This document shows, piece after piece, positions 38,761-48,634 of a stretch of 64,000 nucleotides of DNA; position 1 is the stretch's first letter, and the number at the start of each line of letters is the position of its first letter. This stretch comes from a virus: the IMG/VR virus record IMGVR_UViG_3300045988_182687, positions 71,005 to 135,004 of that record, one strand, 5' to 3'. Under the pieces are notes generated by a model. That model saw nothing but the letters and a program-made list of their open reading frames with translations. It had not been told where the DNA came from and did not search any database. The translations under genes and the position numbers were made by a program.

Positions 38761-40983
38761 TTAGACCTTCAACCGCTTCTTGACGATTTTGACCATTGCC
38801 TTGGGGAAGGTGGACAGGTCAGTAATGTCAAGGAACTGGTCGCCGTAAATCTTCTTGAGGTACTCTTTGTCGTCGCCAATAGCTGCTGCGACAATCTCAA
38901 CACCGCGCCGGCGATTGCGGGCTACGATGTCTTTGATGTCCTTCGCCGCAGAATCTCCACCATAGGAATCATCATTCGGCTTACCATCCGAAATGATAAT
39001 GAGGAGCTTCGTGCGCTCAGGTCTCGCATTCAGCAGGTTCGCAACGACCTCCAGTGCTGCACCGTCACGGTTACAGCCGCCAGTGGAGAGCTTGGCAAGA
39101 CGGTACTTGTCACGCTTACCGGCCTTCAGGAAGTCTGTGTAGACGAACAGGTTGACCCTACCATGCATGGTCACATTGTGACCGTACACAGCGACAGGAA
39201 CATGAACACGCTCTGCAAAGTCATGCAGGAGCATGGTAGCCTTCATAGCGGCGCCCATGCGCTGTCCGTACATCGAGCCAGACTGGTCAACCAGCACGGA
39301 AACTGCCATATCGGGCAGGTCCTGCGGCAACTTTGTGTCGCTGAAGAACCGGCAATCCGGACGCCACATTTCGCTTGCAACGATATCTCTACCGTACATT
39401 CGGTTTCTGCGGACATCGCCGTCCTGCAGGTCCTTCAACTCCTGCTGCATCAACTTTGCCAGACGCTTGGAATACTGCGACACATCCTCCATCATTTCAC
39501 CGTAGAGCTTGATGTTGGAAGGTGTTACTTCAACCTCGCGTTTGACGTCGATGCTATGGCCCTTGTGCGTAGAGCTACGGTCCATGATGTCAACATCAGC
39601 GATGATTTGAGACTTCAAATCCTGCTCCATCTGTGCTTCGGCCATGTTTCCGGCAACGGAGGAAATAATGGTCTGCAGGACATTCGCCAACATACTGTCG
39701 GCTTGCTCCTGCTTTCCGTTTTTATCCTGTCCATCGCCGCTCTTGCCGGCCACAGCAGCGGGGATGTTGCCCTTATTGGCATCATTCCCGCCGGAACCAC
39801 TACCGCTGTCGTTTTTCTTACCCTTCTTCTTGTCGGCAGACTGGGCATCCTTGGTAGCTTGCTTGGCTACGTTGGATGCCTTCTGGTTCTGAGGCATCTG
39901 AGAACCACCTCCATTCTGTGCGCCCTGAGCAATTTGCTGGAGCACCTGCTGAATGGCATTGGCGCTGGGCTGGGAGATACCTCCGCCGCCCTGCTGGTTC
40001 TGACTGCCTTGACCACCGCTGGAAGCGGGCTGTCCTTGCTGCCCGCCCTGACCGTTCTGGTCGGAGCCGGACTGCTGACCTTGCCCCTGCTGGCCTTGGC
40101 CTGCCTGAGAGCTCTGCTGCTTGTCACACTTCTCAATCGCGTCCTTAATGTAAGGCCACATAAAGAGAAGCATCACATTGATTTGGGAATACAGCTCCTT
40201 CGGGTTATCCGTGTTGGTGGCAAGCTCAATGGTCTGCGAGATGTCTGTCAGCTTTTTGGCGTACTCATTGGTATAGAGCGTCTGCTCATCCGCAACGAGA
40301 ATTTCACCAAATCGTGCGAACTGGAGAACGAGGCTTGTCATAATAGACAGCGGCTCCTTCTTGTTGTTCGTATAGCCTTCCAGCGTGTGAAGCTGCCCCT
40401 GAAGGGAAGATGCTGCCATCTCAATACCACGAGCGACAATGCCGCCGTAGTAGTCGCTCATACGTTCCTCGTCGTGTGCGTCGATGATGCAGTTGACGAG
40501 TTCGTCTCGCAGCGACTTGAACACCTTGCGGTATTCAGGATGCTTCAGCGCCTCCTTCATCTCATCCAGCTCTGTCTCATCGTCCGGTTCAGGCATCCGT
40601 CCATAGAGTGTGCCGTTCTCTTCCAGTTCCTTGTCTGCCAGCGCATCGGCGCGAAAGTCGTGGAATCGGATGTGGGCCAACTCGTGATAGACAATACCCA
40701 TGACCGTTGCGAATCGGGAGGAGGGGAGCTTATACCATGTGATGACACTGTTTGCCGTATTCTGACAAAGACTATTCCCGTCAGTACAGGCGGTGATGTC
40801 GGATTTGGGGTTATGCATCAGAGAAACGGAGATGTGCTTGTCAAGGTCTTTCGTCATCGAATCGACCGTTGCCTGCACATGACTCCGAAACGCTTCACTG
40901 GTGTAGATGTCAGCATCTGTGAGTTTTTCGCTCATTTCCTTGGCGCCTACGCGGATTTGCCTCCAGATAGATTTCTGGTCCAT
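38761..40983 (-). CDS. vWA-domain protein (CobT-like) with N-terminal HExxH-like 'HELAH' segment and Gln/Gly-rich linker
   Basis: GAAAGGAG ribosome-binding site. C-terminal 'VLVDQSGSM...' resembles a von Willebrand A domain with a metal-ion-dependent adhesion site-like DxSxS. Long low-complexity Q/G linker. Confidence 0.65.
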   Translation of the reverse strand: MDQKSIWRQIRVGAKEMSEKLTDADIYTSEAFRSHVQATVDSMTKDLDKHISVSLMHNPKSDITACTDGNSLCQNTANSVITWYKLPSSRFATVMGIVYHELAHIRFHDFRADALADKELEENGTLYGRMPEPDDETELDEMKEALKHPEYRKVFKSLRDELVNCIIDAHDEERMSDYYGGIVARGIEMAASSLQGQLHTLEGYTNNKKEPLSIMTSLVLQFARFGEILVADEQTLYTNEYAKKLTDISQTIELATNTDNPKELYSQINVMLLFMWPYIKDAIEKCDKQQSSQAGQGQQGQGQQSGSDQNGQGGQQGQPASSGGQGSQNQQGGGGISQPSANAIQQVLQQIAQGAQNGGGSQMPQNQKASNVAKQATKDAQSADKKKGKKNDSGSGSGGNDANKGNIPAAVAGKSGDGQDKNGKQEQADSMLANVLQTIISSVAGNMAEAQMEQDLKSQIIADVDIMDRSSTHKGHSIDVKREVEVTPSNIKLYGEMMEDVSQYSKRLAKLMQQELKDLQDGDVRRNRMYGRDIVASEMWRPDCRFFSDTKLPQDLPDMAVSVLVDQSGSMYGQRMGAAMKATMLLHDFAERVHVPVAVYGHNVTMHGRVNLFVYTDFLKAGKRDKYRLAKLSTGGCNRDGAALEVVANLLNARPERTKLLIIISDGKPNDDSYGGDSAAKDIKDIVARNRRRGVEIVAAAIGDDKEYLKKIYGDQFLDITDLSTFPKAMVKIVKKRLKV

Positions 40984-41000
40984 GCGTCAACTCTCCTTTC

Positions 41001-41420
41001 TTACTTTTTCCGGTTCTTGAAAATTTCAACGGTAAATTCAAGGCAGAAGTCTGCCACCTGCAGGCGGTCGGTGGAATCTCCGGTAAAAATCGGACTGATT
41101 CCGTTTGCTGCCGCCATCCGGTTAATGACATTGCAGCTATTGCAAGCAACGTCATGGTAGCATTTACGGAGCCTGTCGATGGTCTGCAATGCGTCGCGGA
41201 GGTCTTCGCCCTCAAGACGGTTGTGAGCAATGATGATGCGGGTCTCACCCATATCAACTGTGTTCACATAGTCGAGGAAGGCAGAGCATCGCTCTTCAAG
41301 GCTCTCAAGCAGCTTATCTGCATTGGGAATACCCTTCTTGACGCATTCGCCGACCTTGGCGCAGAGCGCGTTGTAATTTTCACGATTGAAAAAGTTGATG
41401 TTGTTATAGTTCTGAGTCAT
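41001..41420 (-). CDS. Hypothetical protein (140 aa)
   Basis: AAAGGAG ribosome-binding site before ATG (MTQNYNN). The upstream part of the listed ORF overlaps the AAA gene in another frame. Confidence 0.5.
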   Translation of the reverse strand: MTQNYNNINFFNRENYNALCAKVGECVKKGIPNADKLLESLEERCSAFLDYVNTVDMGETRIIIAHNRLEGEDLRDALQTIDRLRKCYHDVACNSCNVINRMAAANGISPIFTGDSTDRLQVADFCLEFTVEIFKNRKK

Positions 41421-41496
41421 GGTGTTTTTTTCTCCTTTCTTTCTTATCCGAAAAGAAAGAAAAGAGGCACCATGCCTCTTTTCTCCTTTCGGACCC

Positions 41497-43362
41497 TTAT
41501 GCCACCTTGCTGATGACTTGTGCTGCGTTGGAACGAATTTCGTTCTGTTCAACGGGGTCGTTCGTGCATTTCGAGATGAGGCACGTGTCAATATACTTTT
41601 CAAGATTCGCCAGATAGCGGTCATCACACTGCACGCAGCACACGAGGGATTCGAGCTCACAGATGGTGCAAGAACCCTCGGTGATTTCCTTGTCCGCACA
41701 GTAGCTGCGAATCTGCTCGTACACATCGTAGAGCGCGTACAGGGTTCTGTCATCGCGACTCCAGCCGGTGTTGTATTTGATGCGCTCCAGCATGGCTTTC
41801 TTCTCGATTTCCGTACTGTCGAAAATCATGCGGCAGCGACGGAGAACCGACTGGTCAATGGGACGGCAGGAAGCATATCCGACGTTATCTGTGAATACCA
41901 CAACGGCGTCCTTCTGCCGATAGGTAAATCCACCATCTACCAGAGGAATCATAGCTCCCGGCAAATCGTACTGGTTCAGCGCGACCATAACACCGGAATC
42001 CTTGATTCGGCTGACCTCCTGAATCTCGCAGATGTATCCGCGAGAAACAGCCTTCACAAAAGCGGATTCAACCACTTTCACGGGGGAAGTGCAGCCGGCA
42101 CGTGCAACCAACAGCTCGGAATACTTTGCAAAGCACTCCTCGGAGGTAATGCCCGTGCCATCTTCTCCTGTCATGTTGTTCCACGCGGATTCGGGGTCGA
42201 AGGAAATTTCCTCAAAGGAGGGGAGTTCTCCTCGTGCCGCATCCACAGGATTGCAGGGAACGAACTCGGAAATCAAGTCCTTTGCCAACATATCAGTATG
42301 ACAGGTCAGCTCCAAACGGGGGGTGTGCAGGATGCACGCCAACACCTTCGTACCGGTAGACTTGCCGTAACCGGTAATGCCGCGCCACAGGAAGTTGCGG
42401 AACGGAACGCGCATATTAGACGTTGCGACGATTTTATCTGCGATTTCGATTACCTCCGGCTGGACCTTGAAGTCGTCGTCAAAGGTGGGAATCAGCAGTT
42501 CTTCGTCTTGCGTCCACGTATGTGTTTTTGTCCATGCAGCATATCTGAGTTTGGCATCCTTCACGGTCATGCTCTTTTCAGACGAGCCGGTGATTGAGGC
42601 CATGGTTCCACCGATAATGGTCGGGGAGCCAACGATGACGGTGCCATTAAAGGCTCCACTGTTTACCTTCTGCCGGGTCAGGGTATCCAGATTGCCGTTC
42701 TGGATGTTGAGAGGGATTTTTCCGTCTTCACAACCGTAGTAGAGAATGTCGCTGAATGTGTAGAGGAAGTCTCTTGCATCAGGAATCTCATCCATATGGT
42801 TGCCCCAGTCGGCGGGGTACTTGGCACTCAGGTCAAGGATGTCCGTCTGTACCTGCTTGAGCTCCACATTGTTTGCGACAACAGCCAGTTCAGGTGCGCC
42901 GTAATACGTTGCGAGGGTGAACGGGGTCATCGCAAGGAGAGCACCGCTCAGGTCGAGAGTGTCCGACTCCGAGCCAATAGACGGGGTTCCCGCCCACTGT
43001 CCGGAAGGTGCCGCTGACGCAGCCGCCAGCTTACCTACTGCCGGCGCATTCGTTTGAATGACCGTCTTGTAGGTGAAAAGATACGTCCTCGATTCCGTGG
43101 CGTCTCGATATTCCGCGCTCCACAGGTTATCAGAAACCTGCAAAAGAGCGTAGTCATCGACAAAATTGGGAATTCCCAGATACGCCAAAAGAGCTCTGGT
43201 CGCATAGTTGTGAAGGGTAGAATACCCCTTTGCAGAGGGGCGCTTGGGAGCACTCCATTTGGACACCGTACTTGTGTTTCTATTGGGAAGCGAGTTCAGC
43301 CCGTACGGAAGGGTGCTGATATCGAACCCTTTCTTCCCTCGGAAGAGTACACAGTTTGCCAT
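41497..43362 (-). CDS. AAA+ ATPase (MoxR/CobS-like, AAA_5 type)
   Basis: AAAGGAG ribosome-binding site before ATG (MANCVLF). Walker A 'GITGYGKST'. Paired with the downstream vWA protein as in CobS/CobT and MoxR/vWA pairs. Confidence 0.65.
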   Translation of the reverse strand: MANCVLFRGKKGFDISTLPYGLNSLPNRNTSTVSKWSAPKRPSAKGYSTLHNYATRALLAYLGIPNFVDDYALLQVSDNLWSAEYRDATESRTYLFTYKTVIQTNAPAVGKLAAASAAPSGQWAGTPSIGSESDTLDLSGALLAMTPFTLATYYGAPELAVVANNVELKQVQTDILDLSAKYPADWGNHMDEIPDARDFLYTFSDILYYGCEDGKIPLNIQNGNLDTLTRQKVNSGAFNGTVIVGSPTIIGGTMASITGSSEKSMTVKDAKLRYAAWTKTHTWTQDEELLIPTFDDDFKVQPEVIEIADKIVATSNMRVPFRNFLWRGITGYGKSTGTKVLACILHTPRLELTCHTDMLAKDLISEFVPCNPVDAARGELPSFEEISFDPESAWNNMTGEDGTGITSEECFAKYSELLVARAGCTSPVKVVESAFVKAVSRGYICEIQEVSRIKDSGVMVALNQYDLPGAMIPLVDGGFTYRQKDAVVVFTDNVGYASCRPIDQSVLRRCRMIFDSTEIEKKAMLERIKYNTGWSRDDRTLYALYDVYEQIRSYCADKEITEGSCTICELESLVCCVQCDDRYLANLEKYIDTCLISKCTNDPVEQNEIRSNAAQVISKVA

Positions 43363-43427
43363 GATGTTTTCTCCTTTCTCCCAGCCTGTGATAAGGACTT
43401 TTGGGAAACCAAAATAAAATGTATATA

Positions 43428-43532
43428 TAGAAAAAGACAATCACTGCCCGAAAAGGGAAGTGATTGTCTGAATTTATGATGTGACTTGAAAAACGGAGAT
43501 AAAACTCCTTATAAAAATATCTTCGTAATTAT
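43428..43532 (-). ncRNA. Cassette A leader RNA (about 100 nt): promoter-proximal transcript ending at an intrinsic terminator ahead of the AAA-ATPase operon
   Basis: Minus strand: -35 TTGACA (43561-66), 16-bp spacer, TGgTAGTAT (43539-47). Then a conserved leader containing ggagau-uuau-cucc, then a terminator stem agacaatcact/agtgattgtct plus U-tract (43428-43470), then the gene ribosome-binding site. Confidence 0.5.
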
Positions 43533-43577
43533 ACTATTATACTACCACGTTTCGCTATTTTGTCAACAGCAGCAACG

Positions 43578-43628
43578 TAAAAAAAGAAGCTCCCGAAGGA
43601 GCTTCTTTTGAAATTTAGTTTTTTTTAT
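43578..43628. terminator. Bidirectional intrinsic terminator (gaagctcc/ggagcttc) insulating the upstream operon from cassette A
   Basis: A-run, stem, T-run, plus a second T8 run. Confidence 0.65.
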
Positions 43629-43635
43629 CTTGCTT

Positions 43636-44277
43636 TTAGCATTCCCTTTTAACCATGCGCTCCTGATACTCCTTCAGAACCCTTTGGCCGCACCCATCAG
43701 CGTCGTTGCGATAATCCAAGGAAAACGCTGCGAAGGCGTCTCGCAGTACGGCGGCGCTTCTGGAAATGGTCTGGAGCAGTTCATCTTCCTGATGGCTCAT
43801 TGCGGAGAGCGTGTTGTCGAAATCATCATGGTACTGAGCCGTCCAAGCGGTCGTAAATGTACCATCATCATCCCAAATCCACAAAGGGTCATTATGCTGC
43901 CCTTTTGCCTTGTAGAGTATATCCGTGCAATGTGACACATGGACGATATACTCGCACAGCGCAAAGTACAACTCGTGGTACGCTTTGATGGATTTCTGCT
44001 TACTCTCACAGTCGCTGTGGAACAGAATACCGGAAATCAGGAGATGGGCGTAGTTCTGTTCAACGAAGCCGTATAACTCAGCCAGTTCGCGCTTCCGCAG
44101 AACCAGTTCCGCCGCGTCTTGCGGCAGGTCAGACAGCTTCGGACGAACCTGTAAGGACGCACCCATCCCGACGATTGCGGCAATGGCTTCAGCCGCTTTC
44201 TCATAGCGGTTGATATACAGAATGGTCTCTCTTATCTTCGGTATAACAAAATGGCGAATGTCGGAAGTATCCAGCAT
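43636..44277 (-). CDS. Hypothetical protein (214 aa)
   Basis: GGAGGG ribosome-binding site before ATG (MLDTSDIRHF). Confidence 0.5.
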   Translation of the reverse strand: MLDTSDIRHFVIPKIRETILYINRYEKAAEAIAAIVGMGASLQVRPKLSDLPQDAAELVLRKRELAELYGFVEQNYAHLLISGILFHSDCESKQKSIKAYHELYFALCEYIVHVSHCTDILYKAKGQHNDPLWIWDDDGTFTTAWTAQYHDDFDNTLSAMSHQEDELLQTISRSAAVLRDAFAAFSLDYRNDADGCGQRVLKEYQERMVKREC

Positions 44278-44302
44278 TTTCGTTTGTCCCTCCTTTCGTG
44301 GC

Positions 44303-45349
44303 TTAAATGGCGCAAGTAAATGTGTCATTGCAGCCAGACTTTTCCGTCTCTTTTTCCCATGCCTCAGTAATCTTGTTGCTGGGAGCGCCGGATGCCTTCT
44401 TCCATACAATAGCATCACCGCTGACTTCCAGCGCATCATCGCAAAAGACAAGCGAATTAAAGGTATGCTCGTCTTCATAGAGTGCCAAATGCATCGGGTT
44501 CAGCATGACTGCGCCTTCCGTCAGCAGCATACGGGCCCAGAGCTGGTATTCAAGCGACCAGCGGGACGTTTCTGTCGGCAGGTCGCCATACAGCTCGTCC
44601 AGCTTTCGCAGGATGGAGGCGCAAATCACGCAGCCTGCGGGAGTTCCGTGATGCGTACCGAGATACGGCAGCTTGGCGAAGAATAGGGGACTCTCAGCAT
44701 ACTCGTCTTCCGCATAGGCGTAAAACGTTAGCTCCATGTCCGCTGCTGCGAAGAACCGGTCGGGAAGGATATCCTTCACTTTACAGTTGCTCCAGACAAC
44801 ATCATCCGAAAGGAATCTGAAGCCAAGAGGCTCCGTCCTATCAGGTGTGAGGTACTTCCGTGCCATATGTCGGACGAGGGCAACGAAACCCAGCTCATGC
44901 CGCAGCGTCGGCACATCGTCAAAGATTCTGTGAATGTTTGCCCACAGCTTCTCTTCGCTTCGTTCCACGCACTCGAAAAAGAGTTTGCAGGACGACCCGT
45001 GTGTGAAAGCGACACTCAGGGTCACGAGCCAAGGTGCGAAATCATCAGGCTTCAGAACATACTCTTTCTGCCCAGTACAGGCGACCGGCACAAACCAACC
45101 ACCCGCACGAGCTTCGCTATACGAAGCGTCCTCCGCAGCATAGGCGGTTGTTCTGAAGGCATCGTCGGTGTCCTTATCAGGAATATCAATGGCATCGCCC
45201 TTGCAGATATACTTGAAGGGGACATACATTTCCACCTCTCTAATGCCGTCGCCATCTGCATCATCCGTATCACGGCAGTAACGCACGATATGGACCAATA
45301 CGTTCTCGTCGCAATGCAGCTTTCGCTTGTTCGAAATCAGATTATCCAT
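44303..45349 (-). CDS. Hypothetical protein, paralog 1 of a tandem pair
   Basis: AAAGGAG ribosome-binding site. About 45% identical to the next gene (shared 'ELTF(F/Y)AY...SPLFFAKLP.LG...YGDLP...W.LEYQLWARMLL.EGAVMLNP'). Confidence 0.55.
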   Translation of the reverse strand: MDNLISNKRKLHCDENVLVHIVRYCRDTDDADGDGIREVEMYVPFKYICKGDAIDIPDKDTDDAFRTTAYAAEDASYSEARAGGWFVPVACTGQKEYVLKPDDFAPWLVTLSVAFTHGSSCKLFFECVERSEEKLWANIHRIFDDVPTLRHELGFVALVRHMARKYLTPDRTEPLGFRFLSDDVVWSNCKVKDILPDRFFAAADMELTFYAYAEDEYAESPLFFAKLPYLGTHHGTPAGCVICASILRKLDELYGDLPTETSRWSLEYQLWARMLLTEGAVMLNPMHLALYEDEHTFNSLVFCDDALEVSGDAIVWKKASGAPSNKITEAWEKETEKSGCNDTFTCAI

Positions 45350-45366
45350 GTTTTCTCCTTTCAACG

Positions 45367-46404
45367 TCAGCCAGTTACGATGCAGGTAAAAGCCTCATCG
45401 CCGGACTCACTCATGTCATTCTCCCACGCCTCGGCGATTACGCTGATAGGTGTTTTGACAGCCTTTGCCCACGCAATACCGTCACCGCTGTCTTTCAGCA
45501 TTTTATTACCGAAAGCCAGCGTTTTGAATTCGTAGGCGCAGTCGGGGAGGTCGAGGTGCTTCGGATTCAGCATGACCGCACCTTCTGCCAGCAGCATACG
45601 AGCCCAAAGCTGATACTCCAGAGCCCATTTTGTTGTGTCTTCAGGCAGGTCGCCGTACATCTCATCCAGCTTCTGCAGCAGTTCTGCGATTGCAGCACGT
45701 CCCTCAGGCTTGTTGTACCGTTCGCCCAAATCGGGCAGTTTGGCAAAGAACAGGGGGGACGCTGAATACTCGCCGTCGGAATAGGCGAAGAACGTCAGCT
45801 CCATGGCAGGGGAATTGAAGAACTTCTCAGAGAGAATGTCCTTCACACCGCACTGGGTGAAGTTTACGCTGTCCGAAATGAGGCGGAAGCCGAACTGCTC
45901 CGTCCACTCGCGGGTAAGGTCTCTCTTCGCCATGGCCGCAACCGTGTCAGAATGCCGCCCGCAGGTGTTTTCCGGAGCCACACGCGGCTCGAATCTCGCC
46001 CACATATTGTTGACGATAGCTTCAGTATCGTTGAGGACACTCTCAAAAAGCAGCCGGCAGCCGCGCCAATCTCCTTCGTCGGTGACGGAAAGGCTGATGA
46101 TATAGGGCGCAAAATCTGCAGGATGGAGAATCAATACCGTCTTGCCGGCATCCTCAGTGACCTTAACAGACCAGCCGCACTCATTCCCGTATCGCTCGTC
46201 CTTCTCGAAAGAAGCATTTGTGAGAACGGAAAAGTGCAGTTCGTGACCGTCGCTGAAGACGCTCACAGAATCGCTCTTGCGGATGTCCTTGAAAGGAACG
46301 AATGTGGTCTCGAATCTGTCGTGCTTAGGGTTGTTGCGGGAGACCTTAACCAGCGTGTTCTCGTCGCAGAAAGCTGCGGCGGCTTTGATAGATACATTGT
46401 TCAT
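45367..46404 (-). CDS. Hypothetical protein, paralog 2 of the tandem pair
   Basis: AAAGGAG ribosome-binding site. See 44303-45349. Confidence 0.55.
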   Translation of the reverse strand: MNNVSIKAAAAFCDENTLVKVSRNNPKHDRFETTFVPFKDIRKSDSVSVFSDGHELHFSVLTNASFEKDERYGNECGWSVKVTEDAGKTVLILHPADFAPYIISLSVTDEGDWRGCRLLFESVLNDTEAIVNNMWARFEPRVAPENTCGRHSDTVAAMAKRDLTREWTEQFGFRLISDSVNFTQCGVKDILSEKFFNSPAMELTFFAYSDGEYSASPLFFAKLPDLGERYNKPEGRAAIAELLQKLDEMYGDLPEDTTKWALEYQLWARMLLAEGAVMLNPKHLDLPDCAYEFKTLAFGNKMLKDSGDGIAWAKAVKTPISVIAEAWENDMSESGDEAFTCIVTG

Positions 46405-46470
46405 ATTTTTCTCCTTTCTTTTTTTGGGAAAGCAGGGGAGAGGCAGAGTGCCTCTCCCGCTGGCTTTGAT

Positions 46471-46638
46471 TTAACCGGTTATGACCGCCACAATAACCAA
46501 AACAATGGTGAGCGCAATAGTACCAAAGGCAGCCGGAAGCATTTCTGGCTGGTCTGATTTTTTTGCGGCTATGACTGAGACGACCATTGCGGCGATGATG
46601 AGAACGACATAGGCTATAAACAAGGGGTTCGTCAGCAT
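46471..46638 (-). CDS. Small membrane protein (55 aa)
   Basis: GGAGAAGGA ribosome-binding site. Single/double hydrophobic helix. Confidence 0.35.
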   Translation of the reverse strand: MLTNPLFIAYVVLIIAAMVVSVIAAKKSDQPEMLPAAFGTIALTIVLVIVAVITG

Positions 46639-46658
46639 TTTGAACACGTCCTTCTCCG

Positions 46659-46820
46659 TTAATACCACCGAACAAGTGCGAACAGTTCCACCATAATAAC
46701 GCCCACAGAAACGCTGCAGACGATTGGCGGCAAGAGGTCCTGTGTGTCCAGTCTCCTTATGCCAAGGAATATGCCGCACATCACGAGAATGGTCAGAGCG
46801 AAGTAAAGAATAATCGACAT
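46659..46820 (-). CDS. Small membrane protein (53 aa)
   Basis: GAGGTGGAG ribosome-binding site. Two hydrophobic helices. Confidence 0.35.
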   Translation of the reverse strand: MSIILYFALTILVMCGIFLGIRRLDTQDLLPPIVCSVSVGVIMVELFALVRWY

Positions 46821-46825
46821 TAGAG

Positions 46826-47467
46826 TTACTCCACCTCGCTCTTTTCCAGCTCGGAAAGGTTGTCGCATTCAAATCCGCAGGTCATGCAGTGATATGGACC
46901 GTAGGGGTCAGACGACTCGTAGATGTTAGATTCGATTTCGTCGTTGATATTTCCGAGGAAATCTCCCGTTTCGATGTCAACCAACACATCAATGTGGAGG
47001 ACCTGATGACCAGAGAAAGATACGCCACCACAGTTGGGGCAGCAGCGGGTATACACCTTCTGCTCCCGCTCTGATGCACCAGATTCGATGTCTTCAAACG
47101 CTTCGGCGAGTGTGAGAAGCATCTCATTGATTTCCTTGGCGTCCTCGACAAGCACTGACAGTTTCGGAACGCCTGACGTGCCCTTTACGGAAGCCTCCGC
47201 AAACAGAGCGACGTGCTCGTCAACGTCGAAGTCCTCGTAGACGCGGCGCACAGCAGCGGCTACTCCATCGCCGAAATCATCGTCGGCGTACAGGTCGAAG
47301 GAGTAGTCCTCGCCGGCAGGCGACCCCTGTCTGAACGTGAACACACCACAGACCTTGTCCTCGTCGATGACCCAGCCCAACGCTTCTGCCTTTTCGCGGT
47401 AGTTGGCCGGAAGCAGGTCAGGAACACTGGTCTGGACCTCCGCAGCGTTTTTTTGGTTATTCTCCAT
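46826..47467 (-). CDS. Hypothetical acidic protein with C-terminal zinc ribbon (CCPNCGG...CMTCG)
   Basis: AAAGGAG ribosome-binding site before ATG (MENNQKN). Confidence 0.5.
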   Translation of the reverse strand: MENNQKNAAEVQTSVPDLLPANYREKAEALGWVIDEDKVCGVFTFRQGSPAGEDYSFDLYADDDFGDGVAAAVRRVYEDFDVDEHVALFAEASVKGTSGVPKLSVLVEDAKEINEMLLTLAEAFEDIESGASEREQKVYTRCCPNCGGVSFSGHQVLHIDVLVDIETGDFLGNINDEIESNIYESSDPYGPYHCMTCGFECDNLSELEKSEVE

Positions 47468-47489
47468 GATTTTCTCCTTTCTTTTTTCG

Positions 47490-48269
47490 TTAGGCTTCGG
47501 CGCCGAACACCTTTTTGCAGATAGAGTGAATAGCCACGAACTGTTCCTGAAGCTGTGCCGGCACAAGGGAGATGGAGAGACCGGCATCACGCCATACACT
47601 ATGGCCTGCGAATGCTTTGTCCCACAGTTCTCCACGTTCGTGCTGGGCCTCCAAGAGCCTCTCATAGCGTTCTTCTTCCGTCTTTGCAGCGCCAATGTAC
47701 TGCCGTGTGTACTCGTTGAAGTCTGAAATATTCATCTCCGTCTGGTCGGTGTACTCAAAGCGGGGATATTGGGAGTCGATGAAATGGGCCGCTTCTCTGG
47801 TGAGATTGAACCCTTTCATGTAGGTACTGCCATTATCGCCCCTGAGGAACAGCAGTGACGCCTGCCAATCACGGGAGACGATTTCGTAGATTTCAGTGAT
47901 AACGTCGAGCAGATTTTTCTTCTGCTCTTCTGTCAATGAAATCTTCCGCTTCTGCGCCTCCTTCTGCAGAATCTGTTCCGCAGAGCTTTTGGCGCTATCC
48001 GTCATCGTAAAAGACGGCGTCCAGTCGTACATCAGAACACACTTATGGATGACGTTTGCGGCGATTGAAGCAAAAACAGGTCTGAGCTCCTCAACATCCT
48101 CTACAGACTTCTTGGCGAAGATGATGGCGAGCTGGCAGAAATCGAGCGAGTTGTAGACAGCGTCCACGAAGGACTTCTGCTGCACTTCCCGAATCTCACT
48201 GCCGAGCTTGACCAACTCCCCGATGTCGGTAGAGTTGATGCGCCAAGCGTCAAAGATTTTTGTGCTCAT
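47490..48269 (-). CDS. Hypothetical protein (259 aa)
   Basis: Start ATGA overlaps the upstream stop (coupled). Confidence 0.5.
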   Translation of the reverse strand: MSTKIFDAWRINSTDIGELVKLGSEIREVQQKSFVDAVYNSLDFCQLAIIFAKKSVEDVEELRPVFASIAANVIHKCVLMYDWTPSFTMTDSAKSSAEQILQKEAQKRKISLTEEQKKNLLDVITEIYEIVSRDWQASLLFLRGDNGSTYMKGFNLTREAAHFIDSQYPRFEYTDQTEMNISDFNEYTRQYIGAAKTEEERYERLLEAQHERGELWDKAFAGHSVWRDAGLSISLVPAQLQEQFVAIHSICKKVFGAEA

Positions 48270-48634
48270 TTCAGGCACCCGCCTTCCTTGAGAATGTCCA
48301 TGACCTTCTCCAACACGGTCAACGGGGCGTTGAAGCCGAAGTCGCCAACGGCTCTGCGAAGAGCCATGAGCAATTCCGCCTGATGGCGATAGTCCTTGGC
48401 AGCCTGTTCCGTCTGATACAGCCGGTAATCTGTACTCCAGTACATGGAGTTCTGCTGGAAGTAGGGACTTCTGTTCGCATCTTCGGAAGGAGCCTTGTAG
48501 TATCGACAGCCTCTATCGTCTGTCAGCCACTTGGTTCCAACCTTGACCGTGACCTCATCCACCACTCCCCCGACTTTCCTTTCGGCATTACTACCGATAA
48601 TAGGCACGCGGTAGAGTCTCATCTCAACAGCCAT
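48266..48634 (-). CDS. Hypothetical protein, member of a tandem duplication array
   Basis: N-terminal about 110 aa nearly identical to the 48624-49076 product. Confidence 0.5.
   Translation of the reverse strand: MAVEMRLYRVPIIGSNAERKVGGVVDEVTVKVGTKWLTDDRGCRYYKAPSEDANRSPYFQQNSMYWSTDYRLYQTEQAAKDYRHQAELLMALRRAVGDFGFNAPLTVLEKVMDILKEGGCLK

Noticed and set aside
38755-42597. Large plus-strand ORFs (801 aa and 392 aa)
   Set aside because: Antisense to the vWA and AAA ATPase genes, which have strong ribosome-binding sites and recognisable domains. The plus-strand products are Leu/Arg/His-rich nonsense.
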